A stretch of 44,696 nt of DNA, taken from the NCBI GenBank assembly GCA_964481225.1, contig CAYZTE010000003.1:2625-47320 (forward strand). The letters run 5' to 3'. Positions 8,896 to 18,800 of the stretch are shown here, in pieces. Below the pieces are notes generated by a model. It was given only the letters and a program-made list of their open reading frames with translations. It was not told the DNA's origin and made no database searches. The stretch is from an uncultured archaeon (GTDB lineage: Archaea > Asgardarchaeota > Lokiarchaeia > Sigyniarchaeales > SOKP01). The position numbers and the translations under genes are program-made. Position 1 is the first letter of the stretch. Each line of letters opens with the position of its first letter.

Positions 8896-11800
8896 ATGAC
8901 CCATTTTAAATTAATTCTTAAATATGCTTTTTTGGATTTAAAAAAGCAAAAAATAAGAACAATTTTTGCGATAGTAGGAGTATTGATTTCTATAGGGGTC
9001 CTAACAACAGTTTTATTCTTATCTGATTCAATATCTTCAAGTTACGTGGATTATCTAACAATTGAAGCTGGTAATCAGGATATGAGGATAATAGTTCGAC
9101 ACTACAACGACGAACCTCCTAATCGTAGTGATTATTTTAAGTATGACCCAATAATTGATACAATCAAAGACACAACAAACGCAATTGGAAATTTCATACC
9201 TAGAATGGAAGTATCCGGTAGCGTGAAAATTTCTGAAGGTTTTAATACCACTGATTTAACAGATGAAGTTGAATGGAGCACGATTTCTGCGATTAACTTT
9301 TCTTTAGAAAAAAGCATAAACTTTGGATCTTTTGTTGATCCAAATAATAATGAAGAGATCGATTTGGATGATCTCCCCTTGGATCATTGCGCGATTTATT
9401 ATGGATTCAACAATATTATAAAATATTCTGAGAATGACACTATTGAGGTTAAAATGCAATTAATTCATGGAAATAAAACGCTCAATGTCGTTAAAAATTT
9501 GACAATTGATGCAATCTTTAATTTTAATCTAAAGTGGCCAAGTGTATATAAGGATAGAAATCTCATTGTTGTTAGTGTGAACACGCTCTATGAATATTTT
9601 GGCTATAATGATTTTAAAGGACGATGTAGTGAATTGTTATTAACATTTAAAGAAACAAATAAACTTTATGATATTAGGGATTTTAAAGGAACAGAGCTTA
9701 AAGTAAAAGAAATTGCTAATGATATTCAGTTGGCTATAGGGATTAAAAATTTTTATATAGATTTACCAAAACTCAGGGTGTTAGCCGGAGCCGAATTTCT
9801 AAGCGTTTTTTTGGTTATAGTTTTTATTTTCGTATCCATTGTAGCCATGCTCATTTCAGGGGTTTTGATTAATGGTATTTTGAAAACATCTGTTGAAGAG
9901 AGAATCAGAGAATTTGGAATATTCCGAACTTTAGGTGCAAATAAAAGATATAATTTAGCTATTGTTTTAATGCAAGGATTTTTATTATGTAATTTTGGGA
10001 CAATAGCGGGAATATTAACGGCAGATGTGGTTACCAGATTTCTTATCATACCATTTGCAAATAGTGTGATCTCTCAAAGCACGATTGGTTTTACGGATTT
10101 AACGTTCTCTTTTACATGGTGGTCAATACTAATTTCATATATAATGGGTATTAGCGTAGGAATGATCGTAAGCATATCTCCTGCTATAAAAGTCATGCGT
10201 CTTCAATTAATTGAATCAATTCATCCCTATCGTCATGAAGATACGCTATATCATCTTCAGAAAAAATCATCAGTCAATTATAAATTAGTTTTAGTAGGTA
10301 TAATTTTAGCTTTTAATGGTGGATTTATTTTTTATATAATACCAAGAATAATGGTTTCAAGTGATATGATGTTATTCGCAGGAACTTTAATAGCAATTTT
10401 ACTTATTTTCAATATTGGATTAACTTTAGCAGGATTAGGGCTAATGCCATTGATTTTACGATTAGTAATAGAATTATTTAGGCCAATTTCGAGGCGACTT
10501 CATAATGTCATTAGAATATTTGTTTTTCGATATCAACGTAGAAATTCAAGCACGGTAATAATATTTGCATTATCATTTTCATTTGTTATTTTTACTTCTA
10601 CTACAGTTAATACGTTATCAGGTCAAGTATCCGCAATGACGTTATTATCCTATGGATCAGACATAGTTATCGAAACTACGGGATGGAAAGAACCAGAAGA
10701 ATATTACGAAGGGGATTTTGGTCTCTTTGGTTCCATGCCCAATGAAAGAATTACAGAAAAAAATTGGCAAAGCACACCAGAGCCGTCTGAAATGCAAATT
10801 CTTACTTCTGGTATTGATCCAAATAGAATAATGACTATTGAATTTGAAGAAAACTTATTAAATATTGAAGGAATTGAAAGAGTATCATCTGTATTGGCTA
10901 AACCTTATCAACTAACTCAAGTTTATTCAGAAGCTGAAAAAGAATTTATTACAGAAATTGGCGATTATGCTGGATTAAGTACATTAGAAATAACTTTAAT
11001 TGGAATTGATGAAGAATATCTTTTTACTATTAAAAATAAATATATTGAAATGACAGCTGGAGGCATGAATAACGCATTTGATAACTTGTTCAATAATAAT
11101 GGTTTCTATAGTTGCTTAATTTCAGAGGCAATTTCAGTTGAAATGTCTTTAAAATTTGGTGATAATATTCGTATTGTTATTCATCGAGGCGATGAGTTGG
11201 AAGTTTACCCATTCAGAATTGTTGGTATTGCTAAAAGCATGCCTGGATTTTCTGGAGAATTTAGTGCTTCTCGGATGGCCGCATCAGGAGGAGGTGTTTT
11301 AATTTCGCACGAAACTTATATTGAAATAATGGACATTCCTCCAGTTCCTTATTTGGATAGAATTTTTATAAAGCTCCGTGAAGATAAAATTTCATCAGCC
11401 CACCTTATAGAAAATGAAATTCACGAGCTTTATCGAGATGATTATAATTATGAAGCATTCAACCTCGCAAGAATGGTTGCACAGCAACAATCTGCTTTTT
11501 TTGTAATGGACACTCTTTTCACCCTTATTACAATGACTACAGTATTTATTTGTATTTTTGGATTGTTATCTTCATCCTATTCAACCATAATTGAAAGGAA
11601 AAAAGAGATTGGTATAGTAAGAACATTAGGCTTAAAAGGTAGAGATATAAACCGATTATTCATTATTGAGTCTCTCATAGTTATGATTAGTAGTGGAACA
11701 ATAGGAATTATCATAGGTTGGTTATCATCTTGGCTTGTAACATCAAATTTGAGCACGCTAATCGGAATGCCAGATGTCATCCACGTGCCTTGGTTTAACA

Positions 11801-11910
11801 TTATTTTAATTTTATCACTTTCTATAATAATGATTTTCATTGGGATGAAATTGCTCCTAAGAAAGGCCAGAAAAAAACAAATATCAGATATCTATAGAGA
11901 AACAATATAG
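8896..11910 (+). CDS. ABC transporter permease with two FtsX/MacB-type domains (fused-dimer topology)
   Basis: 1004 aa with two FtsX-domain cores (EERIREFGIFRTLGANKRYN... and ERKKEIGIVRTLGLKGRDIN...). Each core is preceded by a TM helix and a large extracytoplasmic domain. The gene starts 48 nt after the ATPase gene. Confidence 0.85.
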   Translation: MTHFKLILKYAFLDLKKQKIRTIFAIVGVLISIGVLTTVLFLSDSISSSYVDYLTIEAGNQDMRIIVRHYNDEPPNRSDYFKYDPIIDTIKDTTNAIGNFIPRMEVSGSVKISEGFNTTDLTDEVEWSTISAINFSLEKSINFGSFVDPNNNEEIDLDDLPLDHCAIYYGFNNIIKYSENDTIEVKMQLIHGNKTLNVVKNLTIDAIFNFNLKWPSVYKDRNLIVVSVNTLYEYFGYNDFKGRCSELLLTFKETNKLYDIRDFKGTELKVKEIANDIQLAIGIKNFYIDLPKLRVLAGAEFLSVFLVIVFIFVSIVAMLISGVLINGILKTSVEERIREFGIFRTLGANKRYNLAIVLMQGFLLCNFGTIAGILTADVVTRFLIIPFANSVISQSTIGFTDLTFSFTWWSILISYIMGISVGMIVSISPAIKVMRLQLIESIHPYRHEDTLYHLQKKSSVNYKLVLVGIILAFNGGFIFYIIPRIMVSSDMMLFAGTLIAILLIFNIGLTLAGLGLMPLILRLVIELFRPISRRLHNVIRIFVFRYQRRNSSTVIIFALSFSFVIFTSTTVNTLSGQVSAMTLLSYGSDIVIETTGWKEPEEYYEGDFGLFGSMPNERITEKNWQSTPEPSEMQILTSGIDPNRIMTIEFEENLLNIEGIERVSSVLAKPYQLTQVYSEAEKEFITEIGDYAGLSTLEITLIGIDEEYLFTIKNKYIEMTAGGMNNAFDNLFNNNGFYSCLISEAISVEMSLKFGDNIRIVIHRGDELEVYPFRIVGIAKSMPGFSGEFSASRMAASGGGVLISHETYIEIMDIPPVPYLDRIFIKLREDKISSAHLIENEIHELYRDDYNYEAFNLARMVAQQQSAFFVMDTLFTLITMTTVFICIFGLLSSSYSTIIERKKEIGIVRTLGLKGRDINRLFIIESLIVMISSGTIGIIIGWLSSWLVTSNLSTLIGMPDVIHVPWFNIILILSLSIIMIFIGMKLLLRKARKKQISDIYRETI

Positions 11911-11915
11911 GAGGT
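11910..11915 (+). promoter_or_regulatory. Shine-Dalgarno GGAGGT for the 1308-aa gene (TTG start)
   Basis: GGAGGT overlaps the stop codon of the upstream permease gene and lies 3 nt before TTG 11919. Confidence 0.5.
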
Positions 11916-11918
11916 AAG

Positions 11919-14900
11919 TTGGTTTTGAAAAAGAAAACATTTATCATTTACATTATATTCGCATTTATGGTTTTTCTTGTACCATTAAATACAATTTTAA
12001 TTCCCAATTTTGAGAGTTTCTATGAAGATAAAGATGATATGATGAATTATCAAGAAAGGGCTGATAGTAATTTAAAATCTTCAGATATTGCTGGTACAGA
12101 TCTTTACGCAGAACAAATAAATGCTTATGTAGCAGGAAATAATTCTATCATTCAACAATCACTGTTTACGAATGATACAAATATTTTTTCCCAATTTGAT
12201 ACTACTGATCCTGCTTTTTACAAGTGTAATGTTCTCATTAGTGCTTCTAATGCCGTACAACCTGACATCTTTCCAAGTGTTTTAACTGAAAGTAACATTC
12301 CTAGCAATCATTTAATGGGCTTTAACAATTTTGTAGGTTTCCTTTACTACGATAAGGAAGTTGATTCTATTGATGCCCAATTAAGAGCTGAAAGGGCATT
12401 AGAAATCATCAAAAGAAAATTTGAGGTTGATCTTATGAAGTTAAATGTCTCAGAACCAAATTTCTTTCCTTTCGTAGGTAATTACCCAAACTGGGAAATT
12501 TTTCTTCACGAAATTACGTCTAATCTTCCAATGGATGGATATTGGAAAGCATTAGACATAGCAAGATTAACAGGTGAAGAATATTTAAAAAACCATCATT
12601 TATCTTCAACTTTTATGATTATCAATTCCCTAGATTTTTTTGAGGGTGATTTTGACATATCTACTGATCAGTTAAATTTTAACACTGAATCCATAGATCT
12701 CTCATTCTTGGAAAATTTAGAAATGGGAAATCTAATTGACCAATTCAATGAGATCATTGACAATTATGGTGAATTATTTAATGCTACAATTTCAGACGAT
12801 GAATTAGAACAATTCATTGAGATATTAGGAGCATTTACTTTATCAAATGATTCCCATTATACCAGTTTAATGGTACAATATGAAGGTTTGAATGAAGGCA
12901 TAAAAAAATTAGGAGGAAATCAATACAAGTTTAATCTATGGGATTCGTTAGGTTATGAAGGGGATCCTTTAACCCCAAGTGAAAAAATATATATAGCGTT
13001 AATAGGCGCATTTATGAGTGATATTGAAATAAATATTTTATGCACCGAGATTGTTGATGCAACACCAGTCAATTTTGAGTTTTATGATTATTTGTTAGAA
13101 CAAATAGGTATGATTTTCTATCTTGCTGGAGGTGAATTTGATGTCGAAGCAATCAAGGATTATTCTTTTGAATTATTTTGGGTTGATGAAGATGGTTTTA
13201 AGCGGTCTTATGTTAAATTAGTAAACTTAAATGATCCATATGATATTGTTAATCTGCTCCAACAGCTAGGATTCCAAGGATTTTCTTATATTCCAACGGG
13301 CATAACAAATCCAATCGATCAATTTACTGTTATCTACAATATTTCTAATTCGGAACCAAATTTGATAATCCAAAAAGAGCTCGTGGGAGAAAATGCTTCA
13401 TATGGAGCTTTTAGAGACTTTTCTTATTATATATCTGCAAAAAATGTAGGAAATATTACTGCTTGGGGAATTCCCACTCCAATTCCTTTAGAACTTAATG
13501 ATTACATTTTACTACTTACTCTTGGTAATCAACCATTGGCTGATGAACTTCAAAATACAATATGGGAAATAGTGAGAATTGAATATCCAAATCAATATGA
13601 TTCATTGGAAGATTTTTTTAACTTTGATGAAGATCCCCGCATCTTCTATTTTGATTCATTTGGAACTGGAGTTTTTGATACAATCTATCCAAATCTTCTA
13701 AATCTAACGAATTTATCACCTTATAATGAGGATATGGACAATATAATTGATATAATTATAACTGGATACCCACAATTAATAACCGCTTTAGTTGCGCTTG
13801 GACTTACGCCCAGCGAGCTGAAAGACATTTTCACTAATCGATATAGCATATGGAATGATGACAATTGGAAATTAGAACCTGGAAAAACAATATCTTATTA
13901 TTTTCATAATGTTTCTATTGCCAATTTAGATTCGTTTACGCCATTTTATTCATTTAATTTCTCAATTGAAACTTCTCCGAAAACTCCTGAGATCATACAT
14001 GGAACCGCTCTCTCGCCTCCAGAAATGGGTTTGAATAAAGATAATGAAAGTTGGATAATTGAATCCGTAGAAAAATTTTTAGAACAAAGAATTGAAATTA
14101 ATTTCATTTTTAAGAATGAAACAAAAGTGGATTTAGTTAATAACACTTTAGAACGCGTCTCTATAATAATAAATTTTACTGCTCCCGAAAATTTAGATAA
14201 TTTGGACTTTGAAATATTTAATTTTGATGTTGAAGAATTCCAAGATATGTATGCTAGTTTAACTTCAGTTGTAAATAATACGTGGACATTCTCGATTATC
14301 AATAATAATGATAGTTTAGATTGGTTATTCTACCCGCTTGATCAAGTAAATCATACAATTCTATTTAAAATTAGATGTGCTAATTCAGAAAAATTCAATA
14401 TTTCAATAGATGACCTTGATGTTGAATTTTCTATAAGAGATATAAACACTAATGACGATTCAGGTTCTCGAGTTGTTTTTAGTACTCATACAGGTAATGT
14501 ACAAATTGACAGGAGGTCCAACTCTGTACCTCTCAGTACTTACGATATGGCTTCGATCATAGCTACGTCTTACTTAACTAATTACAATTCTAAACAAGGT
14601 GAAATCAACACTTATACCATTGATTTTAAAAATATAGGTTCAAGAATAGCAGAAAATATTAGTATATCTTTAATTATACCTGGTATCATCAAGGATCTTA
14701 ATAATTTCACGATTTCCAAAAGCAATTTAACGTATTATTTATCAAAACTCGCTCCTTCTGAAGAAAAAACGATAAACTTTTCCTTTTATACACCAAATTC
14801 GAGATCCATTGGAGATGTTTTACTATCTTATAATAACCCGCGAAATATTCAAGGAGGTAATTCCTCTAAGTTATCCACATTGATTAATGAAGTTTACGTC

Positions 14901-15845
14901 GCATCACCAGTAGATTATGAGTCAAGATTTCCTTTTGTTAGGATTGTCGAAGTTGGTTATTCTAACTCAAGCTTTACAATCCCTCCAGATATAAATGATA
15001 TATTCAATTTAACAGTAATTATAAGAAGCGTTGGCCCAAGTGGATTAGCTATTCCAGATATCAATATTTCCATGAACGACCAATTTGGTGATTTAAGGAG
15101 AATTGACAAAAATGATTTGTACTTTACTAATATCGGATATAATGAATCCTTGGCATTCAATGTTACATTAAAAAAGAAAGAGTGGAAAGGATATTATTAC
15201 CCATCAATTAATTTCATTGAGGGTTCAGAAGGTAAGACCATACAAATTTCGAATTCTTTATCAAAAATATTAGGAAAAATTAGCTTCTCATTGATAAAGA
15301 AGGTTGATAAAGATCAAGTAGAAGTTGGAGATGAGATAACTGTTACTATTGAAGTGGAGAACACTGGAACAATCAGTATTTCTGAAGTAATGATAAGTGA
15401 TATGATAAGTTATTCCCAATCGGAATTCTCGTTAATAAAAGGAAAATTAGTAAACTTAATTCCTAGCTTAAACCCAGCTGAAAAGATCTCTTTTAATTAT
15501 ACGCTTAAAGCAAAAAAGCAGGCGCTTGCAAGTTTAAATCCAGCAAGTATTTCATATTATTATTTGATGAAAAGAGAAGAAAAATCAAACACTGTTAATG
15601 TTAAAATCAATACACCCAAAATAAATCAATTATATCGTATTTTTTTCCCTATCGGCTTAGTTGTCGTCATATCAGGATTATACATCTGGCAAATTAGAAA
15701 ATATAAGAAAAAGAAGAATGAATTTCAAAGAACTGAAATGCATATTTTTAAACTTAGCTCGAGAGATTCGGTTTTAAAAATTGAACATACTTTAAGAGAA
15801 CGATTAAACCAATTAAAAGAAGAGAGTGAAGGTTTAGATAAATAA
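11919..15845 (+). CDS. giant membrane-anchored surface protein with C-terminal DUF11/CARDB-like beta-sandwich repeats
   Basis: 1308 aa with a TTG start. There is an N-terminal signal-anchor (FIIYIIFAFMVFLVPLNTILIP), many NxS/T sequons, and three C-terminal CARDB/DUF11-like modules (e.g. VEVGDEITVTIEVENTGTISISEVMISD). A C-terminal TM (IFFPIGLVVVISGLYIWQI) is followed by a K-rich tail. The gap to the upstream gene is 8 nt. Confidence 0.7.
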   Translation: MVLKKKTFIIYIIFAFMVFLVPLNTILIPNFESFYEDKDDMMNYQERADSNLKSSDIAGTDLYAEQINAYVAGNNSIIQQSLFTNDTNIFSQFDTTDPAFYKCNVLISASNAVQPDIFPSVLTESNIPSNHLMGFNNFVGFLYYDKEVDSIDAQLRAERALEIIKRKFEVDLMKLNVSEPNFFPFVGNYPNWEIFLHEITSNLPMDGYWKALDIARLTGEEYLKNHHLSSTFMIINSLDFFEGDFDISTDQLNFNTESIDLSFLENLEMGNLIDQFNEIIDNYGELFNATISDDELEQFIEILGAFTLSNDSHYTSLMVQYEGLNEGIKKLGGNQYKFNLWDSLGYEGDPLTPSEKIYIALIGAFMSDIEINILCTEIVDATPVNFEFYDYLLEQIGMIFYLAGGEFDVEAIKDYSFELFWVDEDGFKRSYVKLVNLNDPYDIVNLLQQLGFQGFSYIPTGITNPIDQFTVIYNISNSEPNLIIQKELVGENASYGAFRDFSYYISAKNVGNITAWGIPTPIPLELNDYILLLTLGNQPLADELQNTIWEIVRIEYPNQYDSLEDFFNFDEDPRIFYFDSFGTGVFDTIYPNLLNLTNLSPYNEDMDNIIDIIITGYPQLITALVALGLTPSELKDIFTNRYSIWNDDNWKLEPGKTISYYFHNVSIANLDSFTPFYSFNFSIETSPKTPEIIHGTALSPPEMGLNKDNESWIIESVEKFLEQRIEINFIFKNETKVDLVNNTLERVSIIINFTAPENLDNLDFEIFNFDVEEFQDMYASLTSVVNNTWTFSIINNNDSLDWLFYPLDQVNHTILFKIRCANSEKFNISIDDLDVEFSIRDINTNDDSGSRVVFSTHTGNVQIDRRSNSVPLSTYDMASIIATSYLTNYNSKQGEINTYTIDFKNIGSRIAENISISLIIPGIIKDLNNFTISKSNLTYYLSKLAPSEEKTINFSFYTPNSRSIGDVLLSYNNPRNIQGGNSSKLSTLINEVYVASPVDYESRFPFVRIVEVGYSNSSFTIPPDINDIFNLTVIIRSVGPSGLAIPDINISMNDQFGDLRRIDKNDLYFTNIGYNESLAFNVTLKKKEWKGYYYPSINFIEGSEGKTIQISNSLSKILGKISFSLIKKVDKDQVEVGDEITVTIEVENTGTISISEVMISDMISYSQSEFSLIKGKLVNLIPSLNPAEKISFNYTLKAKKQALASLNPASISYYYLMKREEKSNTVNVKINTPKINQLYRIFFPIGLVVVISGLYIWQIRKYKKKKNEFQRTEMHIFKLSSRDSVLKIEHTLRERLNQLKEESEGLDK

Positions 15846-15874
15846 GAATGGTAAATAAATTAAAAAAATTATTT

Positions 15875-15882
15875 AGGAGAGG
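15875..15882 (+). promoter_or_regulatory. Shine-Dalgarno AGGAGAGG for the subtilase gene
   Basis: AGGAGAGG lies 6 nt before ATG 15889. Confidence 0.5.
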
Positions 15883-15888
15883 AAATCA

Positions 15889-18800
15889 ATGAAATTAAGA
15901 AAGCAGTTGAAAGTAATCTTAACTCTATTCAATGTACTGTTTTCATCTTCTATCTTAATTTTCAATAATTTTAATTCTTATGACTTTTCAATTGATAAAT
16001 TCGATCCTAAGCTCAAGGAAAAAAATCTTAAAAATTCAAATACTTTTCAAGAGGAAATTATTGTCTTTTTTAACAGATCATCCTATAATAACACTGTTAT
16101 TTCCCGATTTGAGTATTATGGCGGTACTATTAGAAAAGAATGGAACAACATGTTTAGTTCAACTTCAGGTTTTGGTGGAATAATCCCCACAGATGCAAAT
16201 AAAACATTATTTCAAAATGATTTTCCAGGTGCTTTGATAGAAAATGATGAAATCTTAGAAACTCAGATGAATTTTGCGTCTATTCAAACAGGAGCTTTTA
16301 ATTCAACTTGGTCTTTAAATGGGTATAAGGGTAATAGTAATTCTTCAATAGCAGTATTAGATACAGGAATAAATCCAAATCATGATTTTTTTCCTAATGG
16401 TTTTAATCCTTTAGATTTAAACGGAAATATTGTTGGGTGGCAAAACTTTATCGATGATTCTTCCATTTCTGATGATAATGGGCATGGGACTTTTGTATCA
16501 TCAATAATTTCTGGAACCGGAACAACTCCTTATAATTCGAATAATCCTTCAACAGTAAAGTTGTATGGCAACTACTCCCACTTAGAATTATTTGAAGAAT
16601 ATTCTGCTCCTAAAAACTATACTTTTAAAATATTCTCTTTTAATGTTTCAAAACCCAATTCACAAATTCTTATTAATTCATCATGGAATTGGAATGTGGG
16701 TGGAATAGATGGATTTTGGTTCGAATTATTTTATAATGATACGTTAATCAAATATTCTCACAACGTCAATCCAAACGAATATTATATTATAAATCATACA
16801 CTTATTCAAAATGAGGTTGGGATTTATGATTTATTCATAAAATATCACAAACAATTTCAAAGTAAGCCAGCTTTCTCGTTTAATACAACTGTTTCTTATT
16901 TCCCTGAGTTTTATGTCGAAAATTATAGCTATTTCACCGGGATCGCAAATGCTACTAAAATAGTAGCTTTTAAGATTTTAAATCAATCTGGTAAGGGTTA
17001 TTCTTCTGATTTGATATCTGCATTAGCAAGTGTAATTCAAAACAGAAGCAAATATCATATAATTAGTGTTTGTTTAAGTATTGGAACTTTAGGTGAAGAT
17101 GTAAAAGCTATAAACGCTGTAATCAATGAAGTCATAGAAAATGGAATCTTAGTTGTTATTGCTGCTGGAAATTCTGGTATTGAAGTGTCAGATGCATTAA
17201 ATAGGCTAGCGAAAAATAAGAATGCAATTGTTGTTGGAGCAATAAACGATAAAGATCAAGTTACTTCTTATAGCAGTATTGGTACGACCGTGAAAAATAT
17301 TATAAAACCAGATATTGTAGCTCCTGGTGGTAGCACATTACCTAACCATAGAACTATTGTTTCTGCAGGTCTTAAATCAGATGAAATCACATCATCTTAC
17401 GGCACATCGATTTCTACAGCTATAGTATCGGCAGCAATAAATCTTTTGATCGAAGCAAGGTGGAACGGTTGGGATCAGTGGAAGAATTTGAATCTTACAA
17501 AATGGGTCAAAATTATTAAAACTATTTTATTGATGACAGCATCAGAAACTAATCTTGATAGGGAGGATGACCCATCCACATTAGAAGATGAAAGTGATTA
17601 TTCACCAACATTCTCGTTAGCTCCTTTAACAACTGGTATTAAAGACATACACGAAGGCTATGGGAGAATAAATATTCAGGCTGCAATAGATGCTTTAACT
17701 AAAAAGATTGATGTAAATTCATCTATAAGCGATAACTTAATGAGTTCACGAGAAAATCCACTTGGAGCTCACGTATTTGCACGTCAAGTTTCCCTAACTG
17801 AAGATAAGCAGTATCTATTTAATTTATCTATAGCTAATGAAGATGCTGATTTTGATATGTTTTTATTTTCAAATGAATCAAATCAATATGGCGAACCAAT
17901 ATTATTGGAATCTTCAAGAAAATGGTATGGTGATTTCAATTATTTCTACTTTACGCCCAAAAAGAATCAAACTAACTGTATTGTTGTTGTAAAAGCAATT
18001 GATGGAAAAAGCTCATTCACTTTGAATCTCTCGACTGTTGAAAACAAATTGAAGCCAGAATTAGAGGTTCGTGAAATAAATTATGCGGGAGGATCCAAAA
18101 ATACTACAATTATGGGCTTGCAAGAATTTACAGGTAATAATCCAAAAAAGAACTATAGTATCGATAGTTATAGGTTTTATATTGAATATCATGATAATGA
18201 CACTTCAAATGTACCTCCACAAGAAGTATATGTATCAATTCTAGAGATTTCAAAGAATTACACTCTATACCAATTTTATCCTCCAGACATCACATACACG
18301 GATGGCGCCTTATTTGTAAGCAATTACATTCAATTTTCAAAACCTGGCGTGTATCATTATTTTTTTGTAGCCAGTGATGGAAAATTCCAAGCGAGATATC
18401 CTATCATTGGAACACTTAATATTACAATTGAATTCCCCACTGATAGCGTGCAATTTCCACATCATCATAGTTTTAACGATGGAATTGGCAATTGGACTTA
18501 TACTGGAACAGGCTGGGATCTATTACAACAGTCAAATATCAACGATAATCGTTCAAGAATTTATGGGAATTCATGGAGTGCATTGTATTTTGGCACATAT
18601 CACGACTATCCAATTAATTATACATATCAACCAATTAGAATAACTGAAGATCCTTTTCCCAATGGTTCTTTAACTAGTCCTTTATTTAATTTAACGCAAC
18701 TTAATGAAAATAAAACTCAACCTTTTGCCAAGTTTGGGTTAAGAGTGAGTATTAATGCTGGAGATTTCATATATTTGCAGATAAATTTAAATTGGACGGG